From contig CAVWUU010000001.1 in NCBI GenBank assembly GCA_963758295.1, positions 672,001-736,000 on the forward strand: 64,000 nt of DNA, read 5' to 3'. How positions within the stretch are numbered: the stretch's first letter is position 1; each line of letters opens with the position of its first letter. The position numbers were made by a program, and so were the translations under genes. Positions 1-9,789 of this stretch are shown in pieces. The notes beneath the pieces were generated by a model. The model saw nothing but the letters and a program-made list of their open reading frames with translations, was not told where the DNA came from and ran no database searches. Origin of the DNA: Candidatus Eremiobacteria bacterium (GTDB taxonomy: Bacteria; Vulcanimicrobiota; Vulcanimicrobiia; Vulcanimicrobiales; Vulcanimicrobiaceae).

Positions 1-598
1 ACTCAACTTCTTCGTGTATAACGATCCCGAGCCGCCGGTAGTAAATGCGTTGGCAAAGGTGATCCAAAGCAATGATTTTGAACTGCGGCCGGTGCTCTCC
101 ACGCTCTTTCAAAGCAACCTGTTCTATTCGCCGCGAGCATACCGCGCACTGGTGAAAGCGCCCGTTGAATTCGTCGTGGGAACACATCACGCATTTGGGC
201 TCGAGAGGATCGAAGCTCCAGCTTTACGCGCGCTTGCTCAGATGGGGCAAATTCTGTTCTATCCGCCAAACGTCGCCGGTTGGCCGGGGGGAACGAATTG
301 GATTACGTCGCAGACGTTAATTGCGCGCGAGAATTTCGTTGCTGCTCTAATGAATTCGCCGCTAATGAGCGCCTCGTGGATCGATCGCGCTCCAGCCGAC
401 GCCTCGTCGGCTTCCAAGGCTCTGATTGCCGGGCTTCTCCAGAACGACGCGCCTCAACAGGCGTACGCGCAGCTCTCCGGCTACCTCGATGGCGACGGGA
501 CGTCGGCGCTGAGGAATTTCTCTGCTGAAAACTACCAAGAGCGGGTGCGTGGAGCAGCTTATCTCACGACGGCAATGCCGGCGTATCAGTTGAATTAG
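1..598 (+). CDS. DUF1800 family protein, 5'-truncated by window edge
   Basis: Motifs LVKAPVEFVVG and MGQILFYPPNVAGWPGG; directly upstream of a DUF1501 gene, its usual partner. Confidence 0.85.
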   Translation, partial: LNFFVYNDPEPPVVNALAKVIQSNDFELRPVLSTLFQSNLFYSPRAYRALVKAPVEFVVGTHHAFGLERIEAPALRALAQMGQILFYPPNVAGWPGGTNWITSQTLIARENFVAALMNSPLMSASWIDRAPADASSASKALIAGLLQNDAPQQAYAQLSGYLDGDGTSALRNFSAENYQERVRGAAYLTTAMPAYQLN

Positions 599-615
599 GA
601 TGTGGAACTAAGACA

Positions 616-1839
616 ATGATAAAACGCGGCCAATTTCTTATCGGAGCCCTCTCCGGCATAACGATCGTCGCGAATAGCGAACACGTTTTCGCGCGGGCGC
701 TCGCCGATTCACCGCTGCCCGGCCTCCCCGGCGCGCAAGATCGTATCCTCGTCCTTATAAATTTGCAAGGCGGTAACGACGGCTTGAATTGCGTCGTCCC
801 GCACGGGAATGCGGAATACTACCGCCAGCGCCCGACCATCGGCGTTGCCTCATCCGATGTCCTTGCACTCGATGCGAACGTCGGGTTCAACCCGTCGATG
901 CGATCTATGAAGGCGATGTACGATCGCGGGATGATTGCAGTGGTCCAAGGAGTCGGCTATCCGGATCCCGATCACTCGCATTTTCGCTCGACTGAAATTT
1001 GGCAAACAGCCGTTCCCGACCGTTACGAGCACACCGGATGGCTCGGGCGATACTTAGACGACGCGCAGCTTCCAAAGGAAAATCTGTTTAATGGCGTCGC
1101 GTTGGCGCAGGTCCTGCCCGAAGTATTGCTTGCGAATACGGTCGACGTGCCGGCGATCGCGCAATTGAACGGTTACGGGCTCGTGAGCGATCGCAGTAGC
1201 ACGGCAAAGAAGACATATTCGGAGCTCGTCCGCGACAAACAATTCCCGTTTGGATCGCCGTACTTATCTCATGTAGCGGAAATCGAAGATCACGCGCAAC
1301 GCGGCTCCGAAGAACTTCCTAAGCTCGTGGCCGGCTATAAGACCGATGCGTCCTATCCCGCGACGCCGCTCGGCCGCAGTCTTGCTTTGGCCGCGCAAAT
1401 CGTCGGCAGCAAAGTGGGCACAAAAGTGCTTTACGTGCAGCACGGATCGTTCGACACGCACGTGAATCAAAAGGCGACCCAAGAGCGGTTGCTGGGCGAA
1501 CTCTCCGATGCACTGTCCGCTTTTTACGGCGATCTCGCGGCGCACGGAAACGATAAGCGCGTGCTGACGATGACGTTCAGCGAATTCGGACGGCGCATCG
1601 CCGAGAATGCGAGCCGCGGTACCGATCATGGCGAGGCCTCGCCGCTGTTCCTCATCGGCGGCGCCGTGAAAGGCGGCCTTTACGGCTCGCTACCGGATCT
1701 CGCGCAGAACAACATGGGCAACCTGCGTTACTCCACCGATTTCCGAAGCGTCTATGCAACGGTTTTGGAACGCTGGCTCGGCCGCCCGTCTCAGAAGATC
1801 TTAGGTGGTTCCTTCGCGCACGTCGGCGCTCTCGCGTAG
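616..1839 (+). CDS. DUF1501 family protein with Tat-like signal (KRGQFL)
   Basis: LQGGNDGLN, SHFRS, FDTH, SEFGRR and GTDHG motifs. Confidence 0.9.
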   Translation: MIKRGQFLIGALSGITIVANSEHVFARALADSPLPGLPGAQDRILVLINLQGGNDGLNCVVPHGNAEYYRQRPTIGVASSDVLALDANVGFNPSMRSMKAMYDRGMIAVVQGVGYPDPDHSHFRSTEIWQTAVPDRYEHTGWLGRYLDDAQLPKENLFNGVALAQVLPEVLLANTVDVPAIAQLNGYGLVSDRSSTAKKTYSELVRDKQFPFGSPYLSHVAEIEDHAQRGSEELPKLVAGYKTDASYPATPLGRSLALAAQIVGSKVGTKVLYVQHGSFDTHVNQKATQERLLGELSDALSAFYGDLAAHGNDKRVLTMTFSEFGRRIAENASRGTDHGEASPLFLIGGAVKGGLYGSLPDLAQNNMGNLRYSTDFRSVYATVLERWLGRPSQKILGGSFAHVGALA

Positions 1840-1841
1840 TC

Positions 1842-2336
1842 TCAAGCGCGCTCGAGCGCTTGCGCCGCATTAGAAAGCGGCGTCGCCAGCGACGGAAGCT
1901 GAACGGCTAGGACGCGAAACACGCGCGACGCGTACCCTGCAAGCGAAAGCGTCGGGTCGATCGCGCGCGCAACCTCGTCGATCGGCGGCGGTGCTCGATG
2001 CAAAATCATCGCGGTCGTCATCAGCGGATTTGCGAACAGTCCCACAAGCTCGAGTCCCCCATCGGTCGAGCGCTCCAGCGACGGCGGAAACGCGTTCCCG
2101 GCCGGAATCCCGGCTGCTGCCGAACGCATGCGAGCGACCGCCTCGCGAAGCCGCGCGCCGGCATCGCTGGATTCGTCACCATCGAGCGCCGTTTGGAGCT
2201 TCGCGAGGTCCACGCCGTGCTCGCTGGCAATGGCCGAGACATCGGAGTCGGCCAGAAGCCCAGTGAGGATCGTGTTTCGCGAAATGTCGCCGGCAAAGAG
2301 CCGGTGCATGAAGTCGTTCGTTGCTACATACCGCAT
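1842..2336 (-). CDS. hypothetical protein
   Basis: 164-aa ORF filling the gap; ATG abuts the upstream stop; no family recognised. Confidence 0.5.
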   Translation of the reverse strand: MRYVATNDFMHRLFAGDISRNTILTGLLADSDVSAIASEHGVDLAKLQTALDGDESSDAGARLREAVARMRSAAAGIPAGNAFPPSLERSTDGGLELVGLFANPLMTTAMILHRAPPPIDEVARAIDPTLSLAGYASRVFRVLAVQLPSLATPLSNAAQALERA

Positions 2337-2638
2337 CTAGATGGTTTGAATTTTAGCCATCATGCCGCCATCCTCGTGGTCGTAGAATATGACAGTGGAA
2401 CGTGAACGTTCCCGGATCACCGGGTCGCGGAAGTCCACTAGCGCCGTTACGGACCCGGCAACGAAGGTGTTGTGCTCGCCCGGCGTGCGGGGCGCAATGA
2501 CGACCATATCGTTCCATTGGTGAGAGACCGCTTTGCCGTTGACGGTCTGAACCGCGAAATGCACTCAACGGTTCCAACTCCGCACTCGGATACGGCCAAA
2601 GCCGGAGCGAGCGCTGCAAGCGCAACTTTAGTACGCAA
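2337..2638 (-). pseudogene. multicopper oxidase remnant (signal peptide joined to C-terminal Cu-binding segment)
   Basis: Joining frames gives DFRDPVIRGTFTFHCHILDHEDGGMMAKI, the HCHxxxHxxxxM copper motif; only about 100 codons remain. Confidence 0.7.
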
Positions 2639-3740
2639 AGAGCAGCCCTGCGCCGAGCTGATACGTGCGATCGCTTTGACGCGTGCCTTCCAAGGTGAAG
2701 CGGAAGTTGCGCGCGGGACGCATTACGAGCGAGAGCGTGTCGGCAGCTTGGCGAAGATTGAATCGATCGTAGGTGTTGTCGTATCGATAGTACAGCGAAA
2801 GTCCGCCGCTGAAATGCCAGCCGGTTTGTAAGAACCCGCCGGCGGAAAGCAAGCCCAGTCCAAAGCCGTCGGCGCTCGAATCTCCGCCATGTTGCAACAC
2901 GGCTTGCGCTTCGATTTTATTACGTTCGTAACCGACGCCATAGCCGTCGCGATGGAACCGATCGTGAACGGGCCCGAGCGCGCGATTTCCTTGATACCGG
3001 TACGCGTACGCCGTGAAGTCCGGCCCGAGTGTTTTCGACAGGGAGCCCATCACGTCGACACCGTCGCTTGGGAAACCGCTGCCTCGATCGACGGCTTGCG
3101 CGAGAACGAGATGCCCGGCGAAGCCGCGACGGTCGTCGGTGAGATAAAGATCGGTTCCAAGGCGCGGATCGAAAAGATTGAAGGTGTTGGTCCCGACCGT
3201 TTGGTCGAAAATGCCGTAGTGTGATAACGTGGGGCGCTGCGTCTCCGGATCGACCGGAAGGGGCAGTGTGAAGTCGCCGATGCGCGCGTGAAGCTGCGGA
3301 CCCAGCGGGTCGCTCGTGAGCGGTTGGCGCACGTCGGCCCAGATATCCCGAGGACGCCCCGGCTCGCCGCCGTCGACGGCGTAATTTTCGAAGTAGTAGC
3401 TTGCGTTGGGCCCGAGGGATCCGGCGGATAAGATCTCGACTTCGTCGACGATCGCCTTCGGAAGCGGCGCGGCGCCTTCGTCGCTGGTGCCGGCACTTGA
3501 ATAGGCCAGCGCAACCTTCACCGCGACCGGAAAGACCCCACGTGCTCCGCCCCCGAGCCGAAAGCCGTTGTGCATGAAGTATTGGCCGAACGCATTGAGC
3601 TGCGGAACCGTCGTATGACATTGCTGGCACGAGAAGCCGTAGCGGTGCGCAAACACCGGCAACGCAGAGGCAGGACGAGGCGCAGCAAACAACCCGAGCG
3701 CCAGCGCGAATATGGCAATCCCAATACGAAAATTAGGCAC
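2628..3740 (-). CDS. outer-membrane beta-barrel protein with N-terminal CxxCH (heme c) motif
   Basis: Signal peptide ending ASA-LP, CQQCH motif, alternating beta-strand pattern, C-terminal aromatic residue (LLFAY); start GTG 3740 or TTG 3758. Confidence 0.7.
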   Translation of the reverse strand: MPNFRIGIAIFALALGLFAAPRPASALPVFAHRYGFSCQQCHTTVPQLNAFGQYFMHNGFRLGGGARGVFPVAVKVALAYSSAGTSDEGAAPLPKAIVDEVEILSAGSLGPNASYYFENYAVDGGEPGRPRDIWADVRQPLTSDPLGPQLHARIGDFTLPLPVDPETQRPTLSHYGIFDQTVGTNTFNLFDPRLGTDLYLTDDRRGFAGHLVLAQAVDRGSGFPSDGVDVMGSLSKTLGPDFTAYAYRYQGNRALGPVHDRFHRDGYGVGYERNKIEAQAVLQHGGDSSADGFGLGLLSAGGFLQTGWHFSGGLSLYYRYDNTYDRFNLRQAADTLSLVMRPARNFRFTLEGTRQSDRTYQLGAGLLFAY

Positions 3741-3790
3741 GCCTAAATATTGCCCCAATATGCCTAATCCTTGTACGACTTTGGGCGCAG

Positions 3791-3806
3791 GTTAAAAAAG
3801 TGTTAA
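3791..3806 (-). promoter_or_regulatory. TTAAC direct repeat with 11-bp period, candidate OmpR/PhoB-family binding site
   Basis: GTTAA at 3791-3795 and 3802-3806 on + strand, upstream of the barrel gene. Confidence 0.4.
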
Positions 3807-3926
3807 CGGTAAAAATTTGCCGAGTTGCACCGGAGCCTCGAAGGCTCAAAAAACCGGAAGGACACGAGACGATCTGATGGAGTTCGTGGAGGAACACCTA
3901 CGATCGCTCATCGTGAGGTGCGGGCT

Positions 3927-4328
3927 ATGATCGACACGGGGTACATAGCCGGCCTCCGCGAGAGCGGTTTACCACCAAGGGGCACACCGAAAAATTATCT
4001 CATGGCATGGCTTCTCGTCATGCTCAAAGACCACAACCTGCACGGCTACGAAATCATGAAGGAACTCAAAGAGAAGTTCGACGTGATCACCGAGCCGGGC
4101 ACCGTTTACCGGGCGCTACGTCAACTGGAACGCGACGGATACATCTCATCGTGGTGGGATCCAAAAGACCAAGGACCGGCACGCCGCATTTACACCGTCA
4201 CCGACGCCGGCTGCTCGGCGTTACGGCTCTGGAATACGGCCCTCGAACAATACCGTTCTAATCTGGAGCAATTTTTCGTTCTATATGCTAGCAAGCATCA
4301 GGCTCTCGGGGATCGTAACTTAGCCTAA
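3927..4328 (+). CDS. PadR family transcriptional regulator (PhaQ-like)
   Basis: GTPKNYL, HGYEIMKEL, PGTVYRALRQLE, GPARRIY; SD GAGGTG before ATG 3927. Confidence 0.85.
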   Translation: MIDTGYIAGLRESGLPPRGTPKNYLMAWLLVMLKDHNLHGYEIMKELKEKFDVITEPGTVYRALRQLERDGYISSWWDPKDQGPARRIYTVTDAGCSALRLWNTALEQYRSNLEQFFVLYASKHQALGDRNLA

Positions 4329-4330
4329 TC

Positions 4331-5128
4331 TTGGGCTCTTCAATTCTCTTTCTTGGCAGCGGCGGCGCCCGTTTCGTCGTCGCTCGCCAACTTCGTGCCT
4401 CGGGCGGCATGTGGATGCGTTTCGGGGAGACGCAGATCCACGTCGATCCCGGTCCGGGCGCGCTCGTTCGAGCGCTTTCGCACGTTCCACCGTGCAATCC
4501 ACGCGAACTCGACGCGATCGTACTCTCGCACAAGCATCTCGATCACTCCGGCGATGTTACCGCCATGATCGAAGCCATGACATCGGGCGGCTTTCGCCGG
4601 CGCGGCGCATTGCTTGCGCCCGCCGATGCCTTTGAAGCGGATTCTGCCGTGCTTCCATACGCCCGCGCGTTTGTTGCGCGCAGCGAACGACTCGGTGCGT
4701 GCGAAGGTCCGTACGTCATTGGAGATGTCCGGCTGCAAACGTCGATCGCGCACGTACACGCCGTTCAAACATACGGCCTGCACTTCGAATATGACGGAAC
4801 GCGTGTGTCGTATCTCCCTTGCGGACGGAACTTCGACGGACTCGCCGAGGACTACGCGAAACACGATCCCGACGTCCTCGTGATGAATGTCTTGCGCTTT
4901 CGCGATAGCATGGACGTCGATCATCTCACGTGGGATGACGCAAAGCGCATAGTCGAAACCGTGCGACCCCGTGTCGCGGTATTCCAACACTTCGGAACGA
5001 AAATGCTCGAACAAAATCCGGCCGTGCTGGCACAGGAAATCGAAGATCAGCTGGCTATTCGCGCGATCGCTGCATACGATGGCTTCGAACTCGACGTCGA
5101 AACGGAAGTTGCAGCCGTTGAGCGTTGA
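4331..5128 (+). CDS. MBL-fold metallo-hydrolase
   Basis: FLGSGG, VDPGPG, HKHLDH metal motif, QHFG. Confidence 0.85.
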   Translation: MGSSILFLGSGGARFVVARQLRASGGMWMRFGETQIHVDPGPGALVRALSHVPPCNPRELDAIVLSHKHLDHSGDVTAMIEAMTSGGFRRRGALLAPADAFEADSAVLPYARAFVARSERLGACEGPYVIGDVRLQTSIAHVHAVQTYGLHFEYDGTRVSYLPCGRNFDGLAEDYAKHDPDVLVMNVLRFRDSMDVDHLTWDDAKRIVETVRPRVAVFQHFGTKMLEQNPAVLAQEIEDQLAIRAIAAYDGFELDVETEVAAVER

Positions 5129-5543
5129 GATCGTTCGCCTTCAACCCGATGCCCTAGCGGAGTTTTACCGCGCACACGATCGAGAAGCGTTAAGAGCGTT
5201 CTACGAATTCGCCGTAATCTGGCACGAACAGGGCTACGGCTTCGCCGCGGTAGAAGACGGAAAAACGCTCGCTGCTGCAACGCTGCGCGTTAGCGCGTCG
5301 CTAGGTCACGTCGACCGCGTCGTCGTCGGTCCGGCCCACCGCCGCCAGGGCATCGGCCGGCGGCTCGTCGACACCATGGCCGACGTCGCCAATTATTACA
5401 ACTGTCACAAGATGACCGTGCTCGTACCGCATCTGCGTTCGTCCCAATGCTTCTTTGAGGCATGCGGGTATGCAATAGAAGCGGTGCTCCCGCAGCACAC
5501 GTTCAAGCTCGACATGGCCGTTATGCGAAAGTTCTTATTGTAA
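5118..5543 (+). CDS. GNAT family N-acetyltransferase
   Basis: VGPAHRRQGIG acetyl-CoA motif; TTG start inferred from overlap with upstream gene. Confidence 0.8.
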   Translation: MSVEIVRLQPDALAEFYRAHDREALRAFYEFAVIWHEQGYGFAAVEDGKTLAAATLRVSASLGHVDRVVVGPAHRRQGIGRRLVDTMADVANYYNCHKMTVLVPHLRSSQCFFEACGYAIEAVLPQHTFKLDMAVMRKFLL

Positions 5544-6596
5544 TCGGCGCGGGAGGCGGCGCTGGAAGGGCTGTCGCGTCATACGATAGATCGGCGCAAC
5601 TAAGGACCGTAAAGCGGCGCGCCGCTGTAAATCCGGATGGTCGCGCAACGCACCGTTGTAAAAAATGATCGCCCCCGAGCTGCTCGTCGCAGTTACCACC
5701 GGACCGCCGTGGCCAAAGATCACTTGTTGGTCGGTTGTACCGGCCCGTGTGCCGGCATCCGAAAAGATTCTCCCGGCGCTCGAGTGCGCGCCGATTTGCA
5801 CGCCGCTTCCGGCGATGCCGAGAATGACGTCGCCGCGGTCCGTTTCAAAACGCGCCAGGCCCGGCCGAAAAGAACCGTTGTCGTATAGTATCGATCCGGT
5901 AAGGCTCGTCGCTTCGATCTGCGTCGAGTTGCAATTCTGGAAGCGCATGTTCCCGCGTCCCGTACGAACGCGCAAACGTAAGAAGTCGGAATTCGAAGCC
6001 AGTACGCCGCCGTTGTTCACTTGCACCGCGCCCGTGCCGGAAACGTCGTCGAGCGACACGGAACCCGCGCCGACGTGTGCCACGAAAACACCGTTCTTAT
6101 AATCTTGAATCTCCACCGTTCCGCGCCGGACGTTCCCAACGAACAGCGCGGTGCCGTCGGGTGCGGAAATCGTGACGTTCCCTGAGCCGCGGATAATGAC
6201 GGCATCGTGCGGTGCGCCATTCAAGTTCGGAAAGATGAACGCTTCCGGCGGCAGCGATAAATCGCCGGCCGGCGTGTGAATGCGCTCGGACCAAAGCATC
6301 ACCTGGACCGGCAAGCGCTCCCCGACGCTCTGCGCCGCGATGTGACGAATTTGCACCGGGGAGTTCGACTCGATCTGAACGGCCGGTTGATTCGTGGTTC
6401 GTAAAACGACCGAGCCTTGATCGAGCTGCACGAAAAAAACAGGTGACGGCCCGGCGACTACGCGAGTCGTCGTATCGGCGCTTGCGCTCGTTTGCGCAAG
6501 CCCTATAAACGCAAAAGTCAGCAGGAGCGCCGCTGCCTGCTGCCATCGGTGTACCGTCACATGGAAATTGTACCGTTCGGCGCTCGCGGAAATCAT
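5535..6596 (-). CDS. secreted DUF4097-like beta-strand repeat protein
   Basis: Signal peptide; repeated xSxxGxI/V beta repeats. Confidence 0.6.
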   Translation of the reverse strand: MISASAERYNFHVTVHRWQQAAALLLTFAFIGLAQTSASADTTTRVVAGPSPVFFVQLDQGSVVLRTTNQPAVQIESNSPVQIRHIAAQSVGERLPVQVMLWSERIHTPAGDLSLPPEAFIFPNLNGAPHDAVIIRGSGNVTISAPDGTALFVGNVRRGTVEIQDYKNGVFVAHVGAGSVSLDDVSGTGAVQVNNGGVLASNSDFLRLRVRTGRGNMRFQNCNSTQIEATSLTGSILYDNGSFRPGLARFETDRGDVILGIAGSGVQIGAHSSAGRIFSDAGTRAGTTDQQVIFGHGGPVVTATSSSGAIIFYNGALRDHPDLQRRAALRSLVAPIYRMTRQPFQRRLPRRLQ

Positions 6597-8023
6597 GAAA
6601 TCTCCGTGAGCGCACCCGTTACCCGTGGAAAGCTCGCACGGAAGCGAGCGCCGCCATTTATCCCGCGCTGAACGCTAACCGTACCACTGTGTACGCGCGC
6701 GATCGAGCGAACGATGGCCAGACCTAAACCGGTGCCGGGAATATCGCGCGAACGGGCCTTGTCAGCGCGATAGAAACGGTCGAAGACGTGCGGCCACTCC
6801 TCTTCGGGAATGCCTGGTCCGGAATCGTCGATCTCTACCCATCCACGTGCAGTGTCACCGCCTATGCGCACGTCGATGCGCCCTTTTTCGGTGAATTTAA
6901 TCGCATTGTCGATAAGATTGCCGATCAACTGACGCAACAGACTTGCATCGGCGAGGATAACGACTGGTTCTTTTGGCTCATCTAAATTTAACGCGAGCCC
7001 TTTCTCCGCTGCGCGTTGCCCGGCGCTGCGCACCGCCTCGCCACCGAGGTCCGCGAGCGAAACCGGTTCCTTTGGAATCGCATCGCCGCGGTCGGCTTTC
7101 GCGAGCGTTAGCATGCCGTTGATCATTCCGGCAAGCGATGCGCTTTCGCCGGCGATGGTTTCCAGGCTCTCGCGCCGGATCGTTGGATCGCCGTCGCCCC
7201 ACCGAAGCAGCAATTGCGCGTTCGCGTTGATCGACGTGAGCGGCGTTTTCAGTTCGTGCGAGGCATCGGAAATGAACTGCCGTTCGCGCGCAAAGGCTTC
7301 GTCTAAGCGCGCAAGCAGATCGTCAAAACTGTCGGTGAGTTCGCCGATTTCGTCGTTGCGTTTCGGCCAGTGAAGCCGCAGATCCAGGCGGTCCGAACGT
7401 ATCTCGCGCATCGCTTGGGAAAGGCGTGTAATGGGACCGATCGCTTGCGAGGCCAGCGCAACGGAGATCGCGATGACCGCGATCGCCGCAAAGAGCAGCA
7501 CCAGCAAAATGGCCCGTCGTGTTTGGGCGAACGTGCGATTTACGGCGTCGAGCGGTTCGGCCACGTGCACGATGGCCGCGAACGGGCCGCTTCGAATGAT
7601 GCGATCTTCCACGATAAACGGGCGCGTGTCCAGCGAAACGGTACGGAAATCGGAATCATGCGCTGGATCGAGCGACGTGTTTGGAGGAATGCGAGACGCG
7701 CCGAGGTTCGCGGTCTTCGCGAGCGGATAGCCGCTTGTACTATCGACTTGGATGAACGTCGTGGGCGATTCCCACGTCGAAAGATTATTGCTGTTGAAAA
7801 GCTGCGTGATCGAATCCGACGCAAGGTCCTGAATTGCGAACGGATTGGGCTGCGGCTGCGCCGCCTGCAGGATTTCGCGCATGACGTTGTCGACGCGGGC
7901 CCGGGCTTCGTCGTAAAGAATCGATTGAAAACGCCACGCAATGAGGCTGCTCGTGGCGACCAGGACCACGATTAGAAGGGCTGCATAACTGGCGGCGATT
8001 CGCCACTTCAGCGAAATGCGCAA
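6593..8023 (-). CDS. HAMP-domain sensor histidine kinase
   Basis: Two TM segments, HAMP, H-box SHELKTPL, NLIDNAIK, DSGPGI, GTGLGL. Confidence 0.95.
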   Translation of the reverse strand: MRISLKWRIAASYAALLIVVLVATSSLIAWRFQSILYDEARARVDNVMREILQAAQPQPNPFAIQDLASDSITQLFNSNNLSTWESPTTFIQVDSTSGYPLAKTANLGASRIPPNTSLDPAHDSDFRTVSLDTRPFIVEDRIIRSGPFAAIVHVAEPLDAVNRTFAQTRRAILLVLLFAAIAVIAISVALASQAIGPITRLSQAMREIRSDRLDLRLHWPKRNDEIGELTDSFDDLLARLDEAFARERQFISDASHELKTPLTSINANAQLLLRWGDGDPTIRRESLETIAGESASLAGMINGMLTLAKADRGDAIPKEPVSLADLGGEAVRSAGQRAAEKGLALNLDEPKEPVVILADASLLRQLIGNLIDNAIKFTEKGRIDVRIGGDTARGWVEIDDSGPGIPEEEWPHVFDRFYRADKARSRDIPGTGLGLAIVRSIARVHSGTVSVQRGINGGARFRASFPRVTGALTEIS

Positions 8024-8026
8024 TGA

Positions 8027-8707
8027 CTAGTCTTTGATCGTGTAACCCACACCGCGAACCGTGGTGATCAGCTTTTCGTCGAATCCTTCGTCGATTTTGC
8101 CCCGAAGGTACCGAATGTAGACGTCGATTAGATTCGAATCGCCGAGAAAATCGCTGCCCCAGACGCCGTTGAAGAGTTCGTCGCGCGTGTGGACCTTGTT
8201 GCGGTGCAGCAGCAGGTACTCGAGCAGCGCGTACTCTTTGGCGGTGAGCGCAATGTCTTTGCCGGCGCGCGTGACTTCGTGCCGGTCTCGATCCATGACG
8301 ACGTCGCGATAGTGAATTTGATTGGTCTTCGGCTGACGTTCGCGCAGCCGGGCGCGAACTCGCGCGAGCAGTTCTTCCGTAGCGAAAGGCTTCGTTAAAT
8401 AGTCGTCGGCGCCGACGTCCAGGCCCTCGACGCGGTCGGGCACCCGATCCTTGGCGGTAAGCATGATAATTGGGACGTTGCTCTTTGCGCGGATGCGACG
8501 CGTGATCTCGAGGCCGTCCATGCGCGGCAGCATCAAATCGAGAACGATCAGATCGGGTTCTTTGAGCGCCTTTTCCAGGCCCGAAAGTCCGTCGCGAGCC
8601 ACGTCGACTTCGTAGCCTTCGTGCTCGAGCTCAAGTTGAAGAACGCGGCCGATTGCCGCGTCGTCTTCAATCACCAGAAGCTTGTAGGGGTTCGCCGGCT
8701 CGTTCAT
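8027..8707 (-). CDS. OmpR/PhoB family response regulator
   Basis: IEDD, LDLMLP, LTAK, ADDYLTKPF, TVRGVGY. Confidence 0.95.
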   Translation of the reverse strand: MNEPANPYKLLVIEDDAAIGRVLQLELEHEGYEVDVARDGLSGLEKALKEPDLIVLDLMLPRMDGLEITRRIRAKSNVPIIMLTAKDRVPDRVEGLDVGADDYLTKPFATEELLARVRARLRERQPKTNQIHYRDVVMDRDRHEVTRAGKDIALTAKEYALLEYLLLHRNKVHTRDELFNGVWGSDFLGDSNLIDVYIRYLRGKIDEGFDEKLITTVRGVGYTIKD

Positions 8708-8716
8708 GCCGACGAT

Positions 8717-9100
8717 TTAGCGATTGGAGCCCTTGGCGCCCTTGTTGCGGTCGAAGAATGCCGGTTGGAATCCGGTGAAAATCGTCAGCCACATCGCCGT
8801 CGCGCCGCCTGCGGCGATCCATGCAAGGGTGGTGTAGTTGTCGATCGCCGGCTGAATTGCCGTGCCGATACGTTCCAGCGAATGCACGAAGAGCGTTCCG
8901 CCGCCAAGCACGACAAGCGTTACGAGCCAAATCACGATCGCGGCAACGACGCCGAGTCCGATCAGTTCGCCGAGCGAGAAGATGGGCGCGGGCTTATAAA
9001 CGGTTGTCGCGAGGATCGAAGCGCGCAGATCGGCGGGCGGTTCTTCGAGCGGAAGCGCAGAGAGGGCACGGTCAAGTGCGTCGTCGCTGTCGTAGTTCAT
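8717..9100 (-). CDS. membrane anti-sigma factor candidate
   Basis: LEEPPADLRASIL followed by two TM helices; overlaps stop of ECF sigma gene. Confidence 0.65.
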   Translation of the reverse strand: MNYDSDDALDRALSALPLEEPPADLRASILATTVYKPAPIFSLGELIGLGVVAAIVIWLVTLVVLGGGTLFVHSLERIGTAIQPAIDNYTTLAWIAAGGATAMWLTIFTGFQPAFFDRNKGAKGSNR

Positions 9101-9681
9101 TCTGATACCTCCGCTGTGCCAAGCAGCTTGCGTAGCTGCTCCTTCGCTCGAAATAGGTGAGTCTTTACCGTGCCCATCGGCAGCCCCAAGACCTCTGCGA
9201 TCTCTTCGTACTGCTTACCCTGTAAATGGTACAGCGTAATGACCGTTCGATATTTTTCCGGTAGAGCGTCGATGGCCGCCCGCAGCCGCCGGGCTTCATC
9301 TAAGGCGATCGCTTGGCGTTCGGGGCCGGGGTTGGGGTCGGCCCGTTCCGGCATCTCTTCATTGCTATAACGCTTGCGGCGATTCAAACGGTCGCAGCAG
9401 GCATGGTAGGCGATCGCAAAAATCCAGGTCGAGAACTTTGAGCCGGGCTTGAACGTCTTGAGCGACCGGTACGCCTTGAAGAAGGCTTCTTGGGTGGCGT
9501 CGCGCGCTTCTTCGACGTCGTGCACGGTGCGATACGCGAGGTGGTACACCGCCCGGTCGTACCGTTCGACGAGCGTGGCAAACGCCTCCGAGTTTCCTCG
9601 AAGGGTCATCGCCACCAGTTCGCCGTCGTCCGGGCCGGGCCGCACGTTTACGCGCGGGGCCTCGGCAAGCATCGCCGACAT
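9097..9681 (-). CDS. ECF RNA polymerase sigma factor (SigW-like)
   Basis: EARDATQEAFFKAY, FSTWIFAIA, YEEIAEVLGLPMGTVKTHLFRAK. Confidence 0.92.
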   Translation of the reverse strand: MSAMLAEAPRVNVRPGPDDGELVAMTLRGNSEAFATLVERYDRAVYHLAYRTVHDVEEARDATQEAFFKAYRSLKTFKPGSKFSTWIFAIAYHACCDRLNRRKRYSNEEMPERADPNPGPERQAIALDEARRLRAAIDALPEKYRTVITLYHLQGKQYEEIAEVLGLPMGTVKTHLFRAKEQLRKLLGTAEVSE

Positions 9682-9689
9682 GTCGCATG

Positions 9690-9716
9690 TACGGCTCGAG
9701 CGCCTGCCATGTTTCG
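9690..9716 (-). promoter_or_regulatory. ECF promoter CGAAAC-N17-CGTA (sigma autoregulation)
   Basis: Close to the SigW/SigX consensus TGAAAC-N16/17-CGTA; 8 nt before the sigma ATG. Confidence 0.6.
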
Positions 9717-9726
9717 TTCTTGCGTC

Positions 9727-9752
9727 TGAAACAAGTAGCCCGGCCACCCGTA
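9727..9752 (+). promoter_or_regulatory. ECF promoter TGAAAC-N16-CGTA
   Basis: Exact match to the B. subtilis SigW consensus, facing the DUF4097 operon. Confidence 0.75.
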
Positions 9753-9789
9753 TCTGAGGCAGGAACAAAACCGGAGGCTAAACCCGACC

